This document shows, in pieces, positions 39,086-55,008 of a stretch of DNA of 64,000 nt. The stretch comes from Reclinomonas americana ATCC 50394 (lineage: Eukaryota). The position numbers and the translations under genes were made by a program. The DNA lies in NCBI GenBank assembly GCA_048213135.1, contig PS015045.1, positions 37,279 to 101,278 of the forward strand. The letters are read 5' to 3'. Numbering within the stretch: position 1 is the first letter of the stretch; each line of letters begins with the position of its first letter. The notes beneath the pieces are model-generated. The model saw nothing but the letters and a program-made list of their open reading frames with translations, made no database searches and was not told the DNA's origin.

Positions 39086-42000
39086 GCAATAGAGGAAGAA
39101 CAACAAGTATTCGCACAATACCCAGCTTGAATTTGTGGAAACGAGTGCGATGACGAGCGCCAAACAAAGCAAGAAGGTACAAACGTATTCCTTCACCCTC
39201 GCCTCTCCCCCTTCCCCCCTCGCCCCTCGCCCCATCCACTCACCCGCGGTTGACGTCACCCTCACCGGCGCCTCGACACCCTCCTCCACTCCCCCCATCA
39301 GCGCATCCCCACCATCGTCCGCATAGTCCCCCTCGGCAAACTCCGCCGCCAGCTCGTCCTCATACGCAAACTCAATGTCCTCCGCCACATCCTCCAAATC
39401 CTCCTCGTCCAACATGTCCATAATGTCGCCCGTGTCCTCCACCAGCAGCGCGTCGTCGTCGTCGTCAGCGTCGCGATCAAACACGCCGGGGAAGGCGGAC
39501 AGGTTGCTATAGTCCTCCTCGTCGCCGTCGTGCACAAATTGCCGTGCGCGTGGGACCGCCAGTGCGTCTGCTTGTACAAGGAAAGCAGGTGTGAAAGAAA
39601 AGAATGATAATGAATCAAGGGTGGGACACGTACCACCACTCGGATGTCGCACTTGCACTCGCAACAACGACTCCACCTCGGCCAGCAGGTGCCGGTTCAA
39701 CGACGACTTTTGTGCATCGGTCGCAATCTCCAACAATCGCAGTGTCTGGTTGCCGCGAGTTGGATGCAGTGCATCGCGAAACGCCTCCAGCGTGGCGTCC
39801 GTGATGGGATTGCCGGCCGCGTGCAGCTCACGCAAGTGCGAGTTCTTCAACAGAGCCGCCGCAATGGCAATCATGCCGTCGTCGCTGATGGCGCCGGCGC
39901 TAATGTCCAGCACGCAGAGAGAGACGGGGTTCTCCTCCACCAGCGTGGCAATGTGGCGGGCGGCCGCCGCCGACACGCAATCTGTGCGCGAGAAAAAAAA
40001 AAGGTGAGAATGCCGATGATAAAAAGAGATGATGATGGGACAGACGCAACTCGTCACGCGAAACTCGCGCAATCGCTGCGATTGCAGAATGCCCATGGCG
40101 AGCAGGCGAATGTTGTCGTCGGTGAGCGGGTTGGCGCTGAGGCGGAGGGCGCGGAGGGACAGCTTGGCCTCGGCGAGGGCGCTGGCCAGCGAGCCGACAG
40201 GGGCGCCAGTGATTTTGTTGCGCGAGAGGTCGAGCATGCGCAGTCGGCGGCTGCGTTCGACGAATGGTCGGAGGGCTTCCAGGCCGCCGCCGACGATCGA
40301 GCAGCCTTGAGGGGGGGAAGGGCGATGAGGGAAAGGGGGAAGGAGGAAAAGGGGAAGGAGGAGGGGAGAGGGGAGCAAAGGGGGAGGGGGAGAGGATGGG
40401 AAGGAAAGGGGGAGACACAAGAGGGAAGCACAAGGGGAAGGCACAAGGAGGGGAAGCACAAGAGGTAAGCACAAGAGGGAAGCACAAGGCGAAGCACAAG
40501 GAGAAGCACAAGGAGAAGCACAAAGAGAGGCACAAGGGGGAAGCACAAGGCGAAGCGCAAGGGTGAAGAGAAAGTGGGAAGCACAAAGGGAAGCACAAGG
40601 GAGAAGGCCAAGGGAGAAGGCCAAGAAGGGAAGCACACGGGGGAAGGCCAAGGGGGAAGAGAACGGGAGGGCGAAGAGTGAATGAAATGGAAAGCGGAAG
40701 AGAGACACAGAGAGGTGAGAAGTATGACCAGGAAATACAACAAGAGAAACAAGAGAGATGTTCGACAATGATTAGAGGAGATGAACAGCAGTCCCACACG
40801 AGAGAAGAAACGGAGGAACAGAAAAGAAATCTGCACGAAAGAATCATCGTGTCAGCAATTAACGTACCACGGAAAGCAATGAGTTCCAGGCTCTGGTTAT
40901 TCACCAAGCCCTTGCTGAGAATGCTCATGATTTGCGTCGACAGTGGGATGTCTGCACCAGAGAATGAGTTGTGGCCACGGAAGATAAGGAGGAGTGAGAC
41001 TCACCGCTGATCGTGAACTGCAGTACGGAGTTGTTCGTGGAGAAGAACTCGGCGAGTGCGCTGGCCATCTCGGGTGTCATGTTGGTGCCTGTGATGGGGA
41101 TGGGAGTGAGAGAGGGATAGAGACACAGAAGGAAGGAGATAGAAGGCAGGAGACAGAAGGCAGGTGACAGAAGGAGAATGACTCGCGCATGCACGCTCTC
41201 TAAAGTCTCGAGAGATCTGCTCGACAAAGATGATGGACACAACGACGCAGAGGTTGGAAACGAAGAAGGGTACGACTCGCTGATGGGAAATCGAGAACGA
41301 GGGCGAGAGAGAACAAAGCGGAGAGTGAAGGAGAAATGAGAGAGGCAATGAGCATCGACATCCTCAATGTTAATCTGCATCCGCCAGTGCCCTTCCCCTC
41401 CACCCGAATCTCCGACTCACCCTCCACATGCACTCGCGCCACCCACGGCCACGACGGCATCAACAGCAGCACCTGCTGCAGCTGGACAGGCGACAGAGTG
41501 CCATCAATCACCAAAGTCTGCAACAAAAGGCGGGGAAAAGTCAGCAAACAAGTGCGAGAGAGAGAGACTCGCTGTCTCTCACACGCACAGACTCCGCCTC
41601 TATGCAAATCCTCTATCTCTCGCTCTCTCTCTCTCTCTCTCTCTCATTCTCCGATTGTGCGTTTCTCTGCAGACAACTGTTCAGCCTCACTAGCACGCAC
41701 AAAGCCTCGTGCAGGACACAGTCGCTCTCTGTGTGTGAGAGAGTGTGTATGTGTGTGCAAGCGATTCTTTGCAAACAGTGTTGAGTCTCTCCCTCACGCA
41801 GACAGACACACAGTTACTCTCCTTCTTGGCTCTCTCTCTCTCTCTCTCTCTCCCACTCTTCTCTCTTTTCTCCGAATGTGTGCATTCCTGTGCATACAAG
41901 TGTTGAGCCCCTCTCACACGCACAGAGGCACCCTCTGAGCACGACAGTCTCTCTCTCTCTCTCTCTCTCAGTGTGCAAGAGAGTGAGAGAGAAAGAGTGA

Positions 42001-42247
42001 CAGAGAGGGTTTGCATTGCATGAAAGTCAAAAAGACAAGTCCGCGCGCGAAATCACACGCACACACAGACACACAAAATGCACCTGTCACGCTCACTATG
42101 CCTCTCTCTCACACACACTCACACACACACACACTCTTTGCACGCAAGTGTGACATGGACATTGCCTCTCACTTTCCCCCAAGTTTGAGACGCAACTGTG
42201 GCATCCTGCATCGCATCGAGCAGCTGCTCAAACGCCTGCTTGTTCAT
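34355..42247 (-). CDS. RNI-like LRR + acidic linker + Unkempt/TZF-like tandem CCCH zinc fingers + C-terminal coiled coil; multi-exon
   Basis: ATG 42247 (MNKQAFEQLL). LRR exons LRMLDLSRNKIT, LRALRLSANPLTDD, LCVLDISAGAISDDG, LRELHAAGNPITD. Zinc-finger exons CLHAHMPFEKRRNPMQVFYLPQAC and CIFAHSVSELLFHPVLWMETKC...CSFHH. Coiled-coil exons end ...MACEVIFV TGA 34355. The join across the 38478-39048 gap is inferred. Confidence 0.65.
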
Positions 42248-42358
42248 CTCTCTCACTCTCACTCTCTCTCACACACACACAAACACAAACTTCCGATGGT
42301 AACCCTTGGGTTGCCGGTTGGATTTGCGGAATGGTAAGCCCACCTAGTTTTTGTGGCA
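42248..42358. promoter_or_regulatory. Probable bidirectional promoter region between divergent LRR-CCCH and methyltransferase genes
   Basis: The predicted ATGs (42247 on minus, 42359 on plus) are only ~110 bp apart. This is inferred from geometry alone; no motif was identified. Confidence 0.4.
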
Positions 42359-42523
42359 ATGTGCGAGAGGGAGCAACAAGTGATGTTGGCGCGAACGGCG
42401 CAGTATATGGCTGGTGAGAGAGGAGGCAAAGAGAGAGAGTGTGTGTGAGAGAGAAAGGGGCAAAGAGGAGAGATTGAGAGTGAGATTTTTGTAAAGAGAA
42501 AGATAAAAAGAGTGTGTGAAAGA

Positions 42524-42561
<38 letters not shown>

Positions 42562-43100
42562 CGCACTGTGTGCGAAGGGAGAGAGAGGAGGCAAACGGAT
42601 AGAGTGAGTGAGTGAGAGGAAGAAAGGGGCAAAGAGGAGAGACTGAGTGTGAGATTTTGTAAAGAGAAAGATAAAAAGAGTGTGTGAGAGTGAGTGAGAG
42701 AGACGCTGTGTGCGAAGGGAGAGAGAGGAGGCAAACAGATAGAGTGAGTGAGTGAGAGGAAGAAAGGGGCAAAGAGGAGAGACTGAGTGTGAGATTTTGT
42801 AAAGAGAAAGATAAAGAGTGTGTGAAAGAGTGTGTGAAAGAGTGTGTGAGGGAGGCAGTGTGTGCAAAGGGAGAGTGTGTGTGTGAGAAAGAGAACGTTG
42901 AGTGAGAGGGACAGGGTGCAAGGTGACTGTCTGATTTTTGAGATTTTGTAAAGAGGCAGGCAAAGAGTGTGTGAAAGAGTGTGTGGGAGTGAATGACTGA
43001 GTGAGAGTGCGAGAGACAGAGTGTGCAAGGAGAATGGGGATAGGGAGNNNNNNNNNNNNNNNNNNNNACTCTCTTCCGTCTCTTCTCTGTTCCGTCTCTT

Positions 43101-43148
<48 letters not shown>

Positions 43149-44161
43149 TCTCTCTCCGACTTTCCCCGTTTCTTGCCTTCTCATGCTCTCTGTGTTTCCA
43201 CGTGCAGCCTGCCGCGCTCTGGAGACCGCCAAGGACGACTCCGTGCGTCAGTTTGTCGATCCCTTTGCCGAGGCGTTTGCAGGCAAAGAAGGACGGTGAG
43301 TTGTCCCTCTTTCTCCCTTCACAACCTTCTCCCCATTCCACCCACCCCCTTTCCCCCATTCCCCTCAGCGATTTCCTCGACGACCTCGCCTCCTCACTGC
43401 ACACCACCGTCACCGCGCTCTCCGACTACGCCAACGCACGCGTGCTGTTCATGGACCGCGCAGTGTCCGAGGCGCTGTCCTCCTCCTCCTCCTCTGCTGC
43501 GCCCCGCCAAGTCGTCATTCCCGGCATTGGTGGTGACGCGCGATTCTGGCGCCCACTGGCCCCGCCCCCCGCCGCCGAGGTGCTAGCCCACGTGCACGTG
43601 TACGAGATCGATGTGCCGGAGGTGATGGAGATGCGACGACGCGTGCTCGACAGCGTGCAGGCGGAGGAGGCGGCCCCACAGTGTGCCGCCATTCACTCGG
43701 TGGCCGCCGACTTGGCCGCCGGCGACGAGTGGGAGCGCGCGCTGGTGGCCGCCGGCTACGACGCCACGCAGCCGAGTGTGTGGCTGCTCGAGGGCCTGCT
43801 GATGTACCTGCCGCTGGCCGACTGTGAGGCTTTCATGCGTCGCGTGGCGCACTTGTGTTCTCCGGGCAGTGTGGTGTGCGGCGATGTGCTGAACGAGTTG
43901 CACATGACGTCGCCGGCGGTGGCCAAGTTGCGGGAGGTGTGGGGCCGGCACGGTGCGCTTCCGGTGTGCGGCGTGAACAAGCCGGAGCCGTGGTTTGCCG
44001 AGCTCGGCTTTCGCGTGACGGTGAGTCAGTTTGGCGACGCGGAGGCCGATTTTGGGTTGATTCCGGCGGCGTCGAAGAAGTTTGTGGAGGATTATCCGCG
44101 CGATAACTCGCCGGAGGATGGGATTCCCCGGAACTATCTGTTCAGGGGGGTGAGGGAGTGA
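42359..44161 (+). CDS. SAM-dependent methyltransferase, leucine carboxyl methyltransferase (LCM)/TIGR00027-like family, three exons
   Basis: MCEREQQVMLARTAQYMA|ACRALE...FVDPFAEAFAG, R..FMD, QVVIPGIGGDARFWR, VYEIDVPEV, VAADL, PSVWLLEGLLMYL; stop 44159-44161. Confidence 0.85.
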
Positions 44162-44933
44162 AGTCGAAGGGAAAGGGAAGATTAGAGAACAGAGGACGAG
44201 CTCCTTGAGTTTCATTGGCTTTGCCTCCTGACTGTTGGGGAGGAGTGGCTGTTCTGTTGTTTTGTGTGTCACACGTCCGTGGTAGGAGGCCAGCACCCTT
44301 TGAGTTGGCGTTGCCTCCTGACAGAGGAGATGACCGATGGAGAAGACTGGCTGTTTCTGCTGTGTGGCCAGCGCGCGTTGCAATTGATTTGCTTTGCCTC
44401 CTCGCGTTCGGAAGAGCGGTCGCTCTTCTTGCTGGTTGCAATTGGTTGCAATTGTTGTTGTGGCACGAACTCCTTGATATGAGGCCAGCACTCATATGGT
44501 GTGCTTTGCCTCCTGAAGGTGAAAATAACTGTCGGAGAGGAGTGGCTGCAGACAGCTGGCTTGTTGCAGCGTGAATCCGATGTCAACGTCGACGCTAAAT
44601 GGTCGAAGTTTTGCCTTGAAGGCCAGTGCTGAAGCAGTCAGAGTAGAATGCAATCAAGGAAAGTTGGGGGCAATGAGCTGCACGAAGGCTGGAGACGAGG
44701 AATCAACCATCACTTGTCCTTGGTGTCCTGCGCATCAATCACAGCTTTCCGCAGTCACCTGTGCGAGAGGAGAGTGCTCGTCATCAACCAACCGACCACC
44801 TGTACCCAGCATCCGTCGAGAAAGAGCAAAAAAAGTGAGCGTGTGAGAGTGTGAAGTTCGCTGTGCATGTGCATCTGCACGAGCGCACTCACTCTCTCTC
44901 TCTCTGTCTCTTCGTGTGCGCGCCAGTTCATCC

Positions 44934-45100
44934 ATGGATCACTTGAACTTGTCAGTGGTGCCTCGTGTGGGACAACGGCGCTCGCTGTTCTCGGGGTTGA
45001 CGCGCAAGATGAATGATGCAATGCTCCGGCAGCAGCAGTTGTTGGAGCGCGGAGATGAGAGTTGCGGGGAGGGGGAGAGAGAGGGGGGAGGGGAGGGAGG

Positions 45101-45163
<63 letters not shown>

Positions 45164-48100
45164 NNNNNNNNNNNNNNNNNNNNNNNNNNNNNNNNNNNNN
45201 NNNNNNNNNNNNNNNNNNNNNNNNNNNNNNNNNNNNNNNNNNNNNNNNNNNNNNNNNNNNNNNNNNNNNNNNNNNNNNNNNNNNNNNNNNNNNNNNNNNN
45301 NNNNNNNNNNNNNNNNNNNNNNNNNNNNNNNNNNNNNNNNNNNNNNNNNNNNNNNNNNNNNNNNNNNNNNNNNNNNNNNNNNNNNNNNNNNNNNNNNNNN
45401 NNNNNNNNNNNNNNNNNNNNNNNNNNNNNNNNNNNNNNNNNNNNNNNNNNNNNNNNNNNNNNNNNNNNNNNNNNNNNNNNNNNNNNNNNNNNNNNNNNNN
45501 NNNNNNNNNNNNNNNNNNNNNNNNNNNNNNNNNNNNNNNNNNNNNNNNNNNNNNNNNNNNNNNNNNNNNNNNNNNNNNNNNNNNNNNNNNNNNNNNNNNN
45601 NNNNNNNNNNNNNNNNNNNNNNNNNNNNNNNNNNNNNNNNNNNNNNNNNNNNNNNNNNNNNNNNNNNNNNNNNNNNNNNNNNNNNNNNNNNNNNNNNNNN
45701 NNNNNNNNNNNNNNNNNNNNNNNNNNNNNNNNNNNNNNNNNNNNNNNNNNNNNNNNNNNNNNNNNNNNNNNNNNNNNNNNNNNNNNNNNNNNNNNNNNNN
45801 NNNNNNNNNNNNNNNNNNNNNNNNNNNNNNNNNNNNNNNNNNNNNNNNNNNNNNNNNNNNNNNNNNNNNNNNNNNNNNNNNNNNNNNNNNNNNNNNNNNN
45901 NNNNNNNNNNNNNNNNNNNNNNNNNNNNNNNNNNNNNNNNNNNNNNNNNNNNNNNNNNNNNNNNNNNNNNNNNNNNNNNNNNNNNNNNNNNNNNNNNNNN
46001 NNNNNNNNNNNNNNNNNNNNNNNNNNNNNNNNNNNNNNNNNNNNNNNNNNNNNNNNNTTCAGAGGCAGCAGAAACGAGAAGAGCATGAGCACCTGAGAGA
46101 GAGCGAGGACTGCACGAGAATTGAGAGAGTGCTTCACAGATGCAGACAAACAAGCGTGTTCAAAGCAGAAACTGAGAGACAATGAGGCGGAAACGGAAGA
46201 GCTTCAGAGGAGGAGACACATGGAGTGAATGCAGATGCAAAGTGACGTGGACGCAGAAAAGAGACCACAGGATAGCTACAGATGAGAGAGAGAGAAGCAT
46301 GGAAAAGGAGGAGAGTGTTTAAGAGGGACCGAGAGAACAGGCAAGGATGCTGAGAACAGAAGCAGAGAATAATGAGGCGGAAACAAGACCACAGAAGAGC
46401 AAGAGAGATTTAGAGTGGGAGAGAAGCACTGATGGCGTTACAGAAATGAGGGTTGAGTGAGTTTGCAAGCGACGAGCGGAAGCCCTCGCCGAGAGGATTC
46501 GATTGTCGCACGTATGAGCACCCTGCCGTGTATGGCTCTCTGCAGGTTCAGTGCGTGTTCTTCCTCGGCACTCTCGCTTCTACATCGTACCGTGGCTCGT
46601 TCTACATTGCCATGACCTGTCGATGATGTCTGTTTGCAGCTGAACTGTTTGGTGCTTGTCTGCATTGCATCATGCAACAGCCCACTCCCTCAGTCAGTGC
46701 TGCACTCTGAAACTATGTCTGGTAATCTGTCCTCCGTCGATTCCCTGTTTGCATTGAGTTGCACTCTGGAGCTCATACTGCGTCAACTATAATCGTGATG
46801 CCCACTCTGCATGATTTCTTTGTCACCACTTAGCACCTTTTCCTTGTCACCGCTCAGCACCCTCACGTCGTTACCACTCAACGCGCCTTCTCTTTGTCTC
46901 TCATCTTCGCATGATTTCTTTGTCACCACTTAGCACCTTTTCCTTGTCACCGCTCAGCACCCTCACGTCGTTACCACTCAACGCGCCTTCCTTTGTCTCT
47001 CATCTTTGCATGATTTCTTTGTCACCACTTAGCACCTTTTCCTTGTCACCGCTCAGCACCCTCACGTCGTTACTACTCAACGCGCCTTCCTTTGTCTCTC
47101 ATCTTCGCATGATTTCTTTGTCACCACTTAGCACCTTTTCCTTGTCACCACTCAGCACCCTCACGTCGTCACCACTCAACGCGCCTTCTCTTCGTCTCTC
47201 ATCTTCTCATCATCCTTTGTAATGTGTGCCGGAGTGTGCATAACTGTGATGTGATTGGTTGGGTACTTGTCGCGATCTGCGGCTTTGCCCCCTTTCTCAT
47301 CTCTTCCTCCCCCATCCAGTGGTCGCCGAAAGCCCCTTCCGCGCCATGTCCATTGACCTGGCCGACGACGACGAGTTCTGGGGCACCGCCACTGTGCGCT
47401 ACACTCCAGGTATATCCGCCCTCTCCAATCACCCCTCTTTGCAAAGTCTTTCTAACCACCACCACCATGCAGGCAGCATGGACGGACACTTTTTCTACAC
47501 CAACCCGGACGCCGAGGATGCGTCGCATGTGGACACCTTCCACGACCTGCTTGCGCGCGTGCTGGCCGCCGGCACGAACGCTGCCGAGCTGGCGACGGCA
47601 GTGATTGAGTTTTATGAGTTTCTCACCACCACCTACACGCACGACAAGACGCCCTTTATCGCCAGCGCGTTTCCGTTGATGGAGCGAGTTGTGTGCTGGT
47701 GCTAATGATGGGACCTGCTTTAGTCTCTGCTGTGCTCACTCTGCTGGTGCAGCTGTCCAAGGGACTGCAGAAGCGCAGAAAGGGACTCGACGGTGAAATG
47801 TGCTACAAGTTTGCCAAGGTATATTGTGGCACTCTCTTTTCTGTGTGATGCATCTGCTGAGTGCGCGCTGGGTGGCAGGCACTTGTACGTCAGAGTCCGG
47901 ATCGCGTGGTTGTGAAGGCCGGGTTGTTGCTGTGGTCGCTCAGCGCGCAGCAGATGACGGAGAAGGATTATGAGGTTAGTTCAGCGGAAGGAAGTGGAGG
48001 AGGAGAAGGTGTTGCGAGACACTGATTTCGATGTGCAGGCGACGATGACTGTTGGCTGCTGCGAGGAGTTCACGTGGTACTCTGCGCGTGTGTTTTTCCA

Positions 48101-49958
48101 GGTATGTCGAAGTCAGTGCACTTCACTACTTCTCGCGACTTCCACACTGTGCAGAATGCTGCTCCATGCATGTCTGCTCTTGCTCCTCCCTGCACCTGTC
48201 CAATGTTCCCCTTCTTCGCCTCGCTATGTTTCTTTCTGTGGTCAATTCCAGTCTCGCTCTCGTCGTCATTCCGCGATTCTGCGGCCTTTCAACAACAGTT
48301 CACATGCCGCCTTTGTCTTCCACTCTCATTCTCACAAAGATTCCAGTTCTTCCACAACCATTGGCCTTGCCGATTTCCCCGCTACTGAGTGCCACCACTC
48401 TCCTTTCCCCTTCCACTCTCCTGTCCCTTCCACTCTCTTTCTCCTGTGCTTTCCACAATCCCTCGCCTTCTCCTCTTTTTGCTCACAACCCTTTATCACC
48501 CCGCAGACGCTGCAATTCTTTGAAGCCCCGCTCGTGCAGCTCGGTATCGCCACCTCGACGTGGGGTCGCATTTTCATCGTTGCGTGTGCCCCCTACAAAT
48601 ATGCTCAGCGCGCAATCACCACTCACTTTCGGAGCGACAGGTGACACTCCTCGCGCAAGAGGAACGACTTGCCGAGCAAGTGAAGCGGTGGCTTCTTCTC
48701 GAGGGCTACAAGGTGTGCCCCTTCCATGCCATTGGAGTGTGTTGACGCCCTTCCCTCACTTGAACGAGCAACGCAGAACGCCGTGTCTCCCGAGTACACT
48801 GCATTTGCGATTTGCACGGGGTGCGATCTGCCGGACTTGCTGTCGCTGGAGGCACGCGCCGTCGACGACGACGATGAAGATGACGATGATGACGGTGACG
48901 AGGATGATGAGGGGGAGGAGGGTGAAGATCAAGAAGAGGAGGACGGAGATGGTGGAGTCACGGAGGAGAGTGAGGAGGATGCCGATGCGGGAGGTGCGAG
49001 TGGATCGGGATCTCGAGCGCCAGCAGCTGCAGCAGCAGCAGCGGTGGCCACTGTGGGGGGAGAGGTGCCCGATGAGGTGCTGGCGGCGGCGGCCGACATT
49101 ATTACGGTGTTGATTCAGTTGGAGCCGGGCAACAGTCGGGCGTTTGCGGATTTGGAGGAGGTGGATCAGGAGTCGCTGCTGCGTAATTTTTTGCGGCAGT
49201 TGGAGAGGCGGCCGGTGGGGGGAGTTGCGTGTGGGGGTAGAGAGGGGAAGGGAAGGGATTGCGATTCGAAGTGTTGCACTCTGTCGCTTTCTGTTGCACG
49301 TTCGGCATGTGTTAAAGTTCATGTTGATGAAGCTGTGTTTCCGTATGTCGTGAACAGTTCTCTGTACAGTGAACGATTGACTCTTTTTTCTTGAATGCAT
49401 ATCTATTCCTTCTCTCCCTTCAAGGTAGTGCCGGTCTTTCATGTTCTCATGCCTTCCATCTTTACTTCTCCGCAGCGCGACGGCTTCCTTTCTCTGAAAT
49501 CTGTTTCTTATTCTCTCTTCGAGACGGTGCCCAGCCTTGCATTCTCTTGCTTCACATCTCCCTCTTCACTTCTCTGCACTGCCACGCTGCTCGTTCTCGC
49601 ACTTTGAGCCAGTGCCCTACTCTAATATTCTGCTTCTGCCTCCCTCTACCTCCCCGCAGCGTAATAGATTTTGTGCAAATTAGTCTGTTTTTCCTTCTCT
49701 CTTTCACTTTCCCTCTCTCTCTCTCTCTGTCTGTCTCTCTCGCTAGTGCACTGTCTTATGCTCTCTCTCCCCCCTTCCCCCTTCACCTCTCCACAGCGCG
49801 ATACCTTCCAGTGGCGCATCATTGCCGCGTTTGCGGCTGCCGGCGGAGTGGTGGACGGGGGTGTGCGTGGCAAGGTGCCCGACGATGCGCGTGAGTTGGC
49901 CGCTCAGCTGTTGGCCGAGGCAACACCGGCGCCTGTTGTGTCGGCTGCGGTGGAGTAA
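44934..49958 (+). CDS. Hypothetical alpha-helical protein with an acidic insertion, multi-exon; motifs resemble a bacterial conserved hypothetical family
   Basis: Exon 44934-45060 is in phase with the acceptor at 47319. Exons include VVKAGLLLWS, EEFTWYSA, TWGRIFIV, VKRWLLLEGYK|NAVSPEYTAFAIC, DEVLAAAADIITVL; stop TAA 49956-49958. Assignment of the first exon is uncertain (an alternative ATG is at 47346). Confidence 0.55.
46809..47207. repeat. Minisatellite, ~99-100 bp unit x4
   Basis: The unit gcatgatttctttgtcaccacttagcaccttttccttgtcaccgctcagcaccctcacgtcgttaccactcaacgcgccttc...tctcatctt starts at ~46809, 46909, 47008 and 47107; probably intronic. Confidence 0.9.
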
Positions 49959-50046
49959 ACAAGGACCAATGGTGACAGCCGTTGACATGTATTGATGCAG
50001 TTTTCACTGGTGTGCCACTATCGTCGCCGAAGCCAGCTCGGGAACA

Positions 50047-54752
<4,706 letters not shown>

Positions 54753-55008
54753 TCCACTCGACCGCGTTGCGCTTTGTGAGCGCTCTCTGCAGCGAGGAAG
54801 AAGAAAAAGTTTCGAACCCACCGAACAATTTTGTCCTCGCAGCTCTCGCTGATAAAGGTGGCACACTTGCACTGTGACCTGGAAGCATGCAACAGTGACG
54901 AGAAGTACAGGAGGTGCATCACCAGCATCTTCGCAACCAAAAACACATGCCGGCGCCGGTGATCGCGTGTTTGTCTGAATCTTTCGTCATGAAGACCGGG
55001 CTTCTCAC

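Noticed and set aside
40420-40660. GGGAAGCACAA-type short repeats giving a PCASLC-repeat peptide in the 857-aa ORF
   Set aside because: They lie within an intron of the LRR gene, between the exon ending ELIAFR and the acceptor before GCSIVGG. The 29480-29960 CACACTT repeats and the 14465/14674 duplication are likewise intronic.
44160-44570. Degenerate ~195-bp duplication and antisense ORF 43583-44491
   Set aside because: The ORF is largely the shadow of the GC-rich methyltransferase exon. No terminal repeats or transposase similarity were seen.
46809-47207. Regular ~100-bp repeats that might suggest a CRISPR-like array
   Set aside because: Whole units are near-identical with no unique spacers, and the context is a eukaryotic intron; this is a minisatellite.
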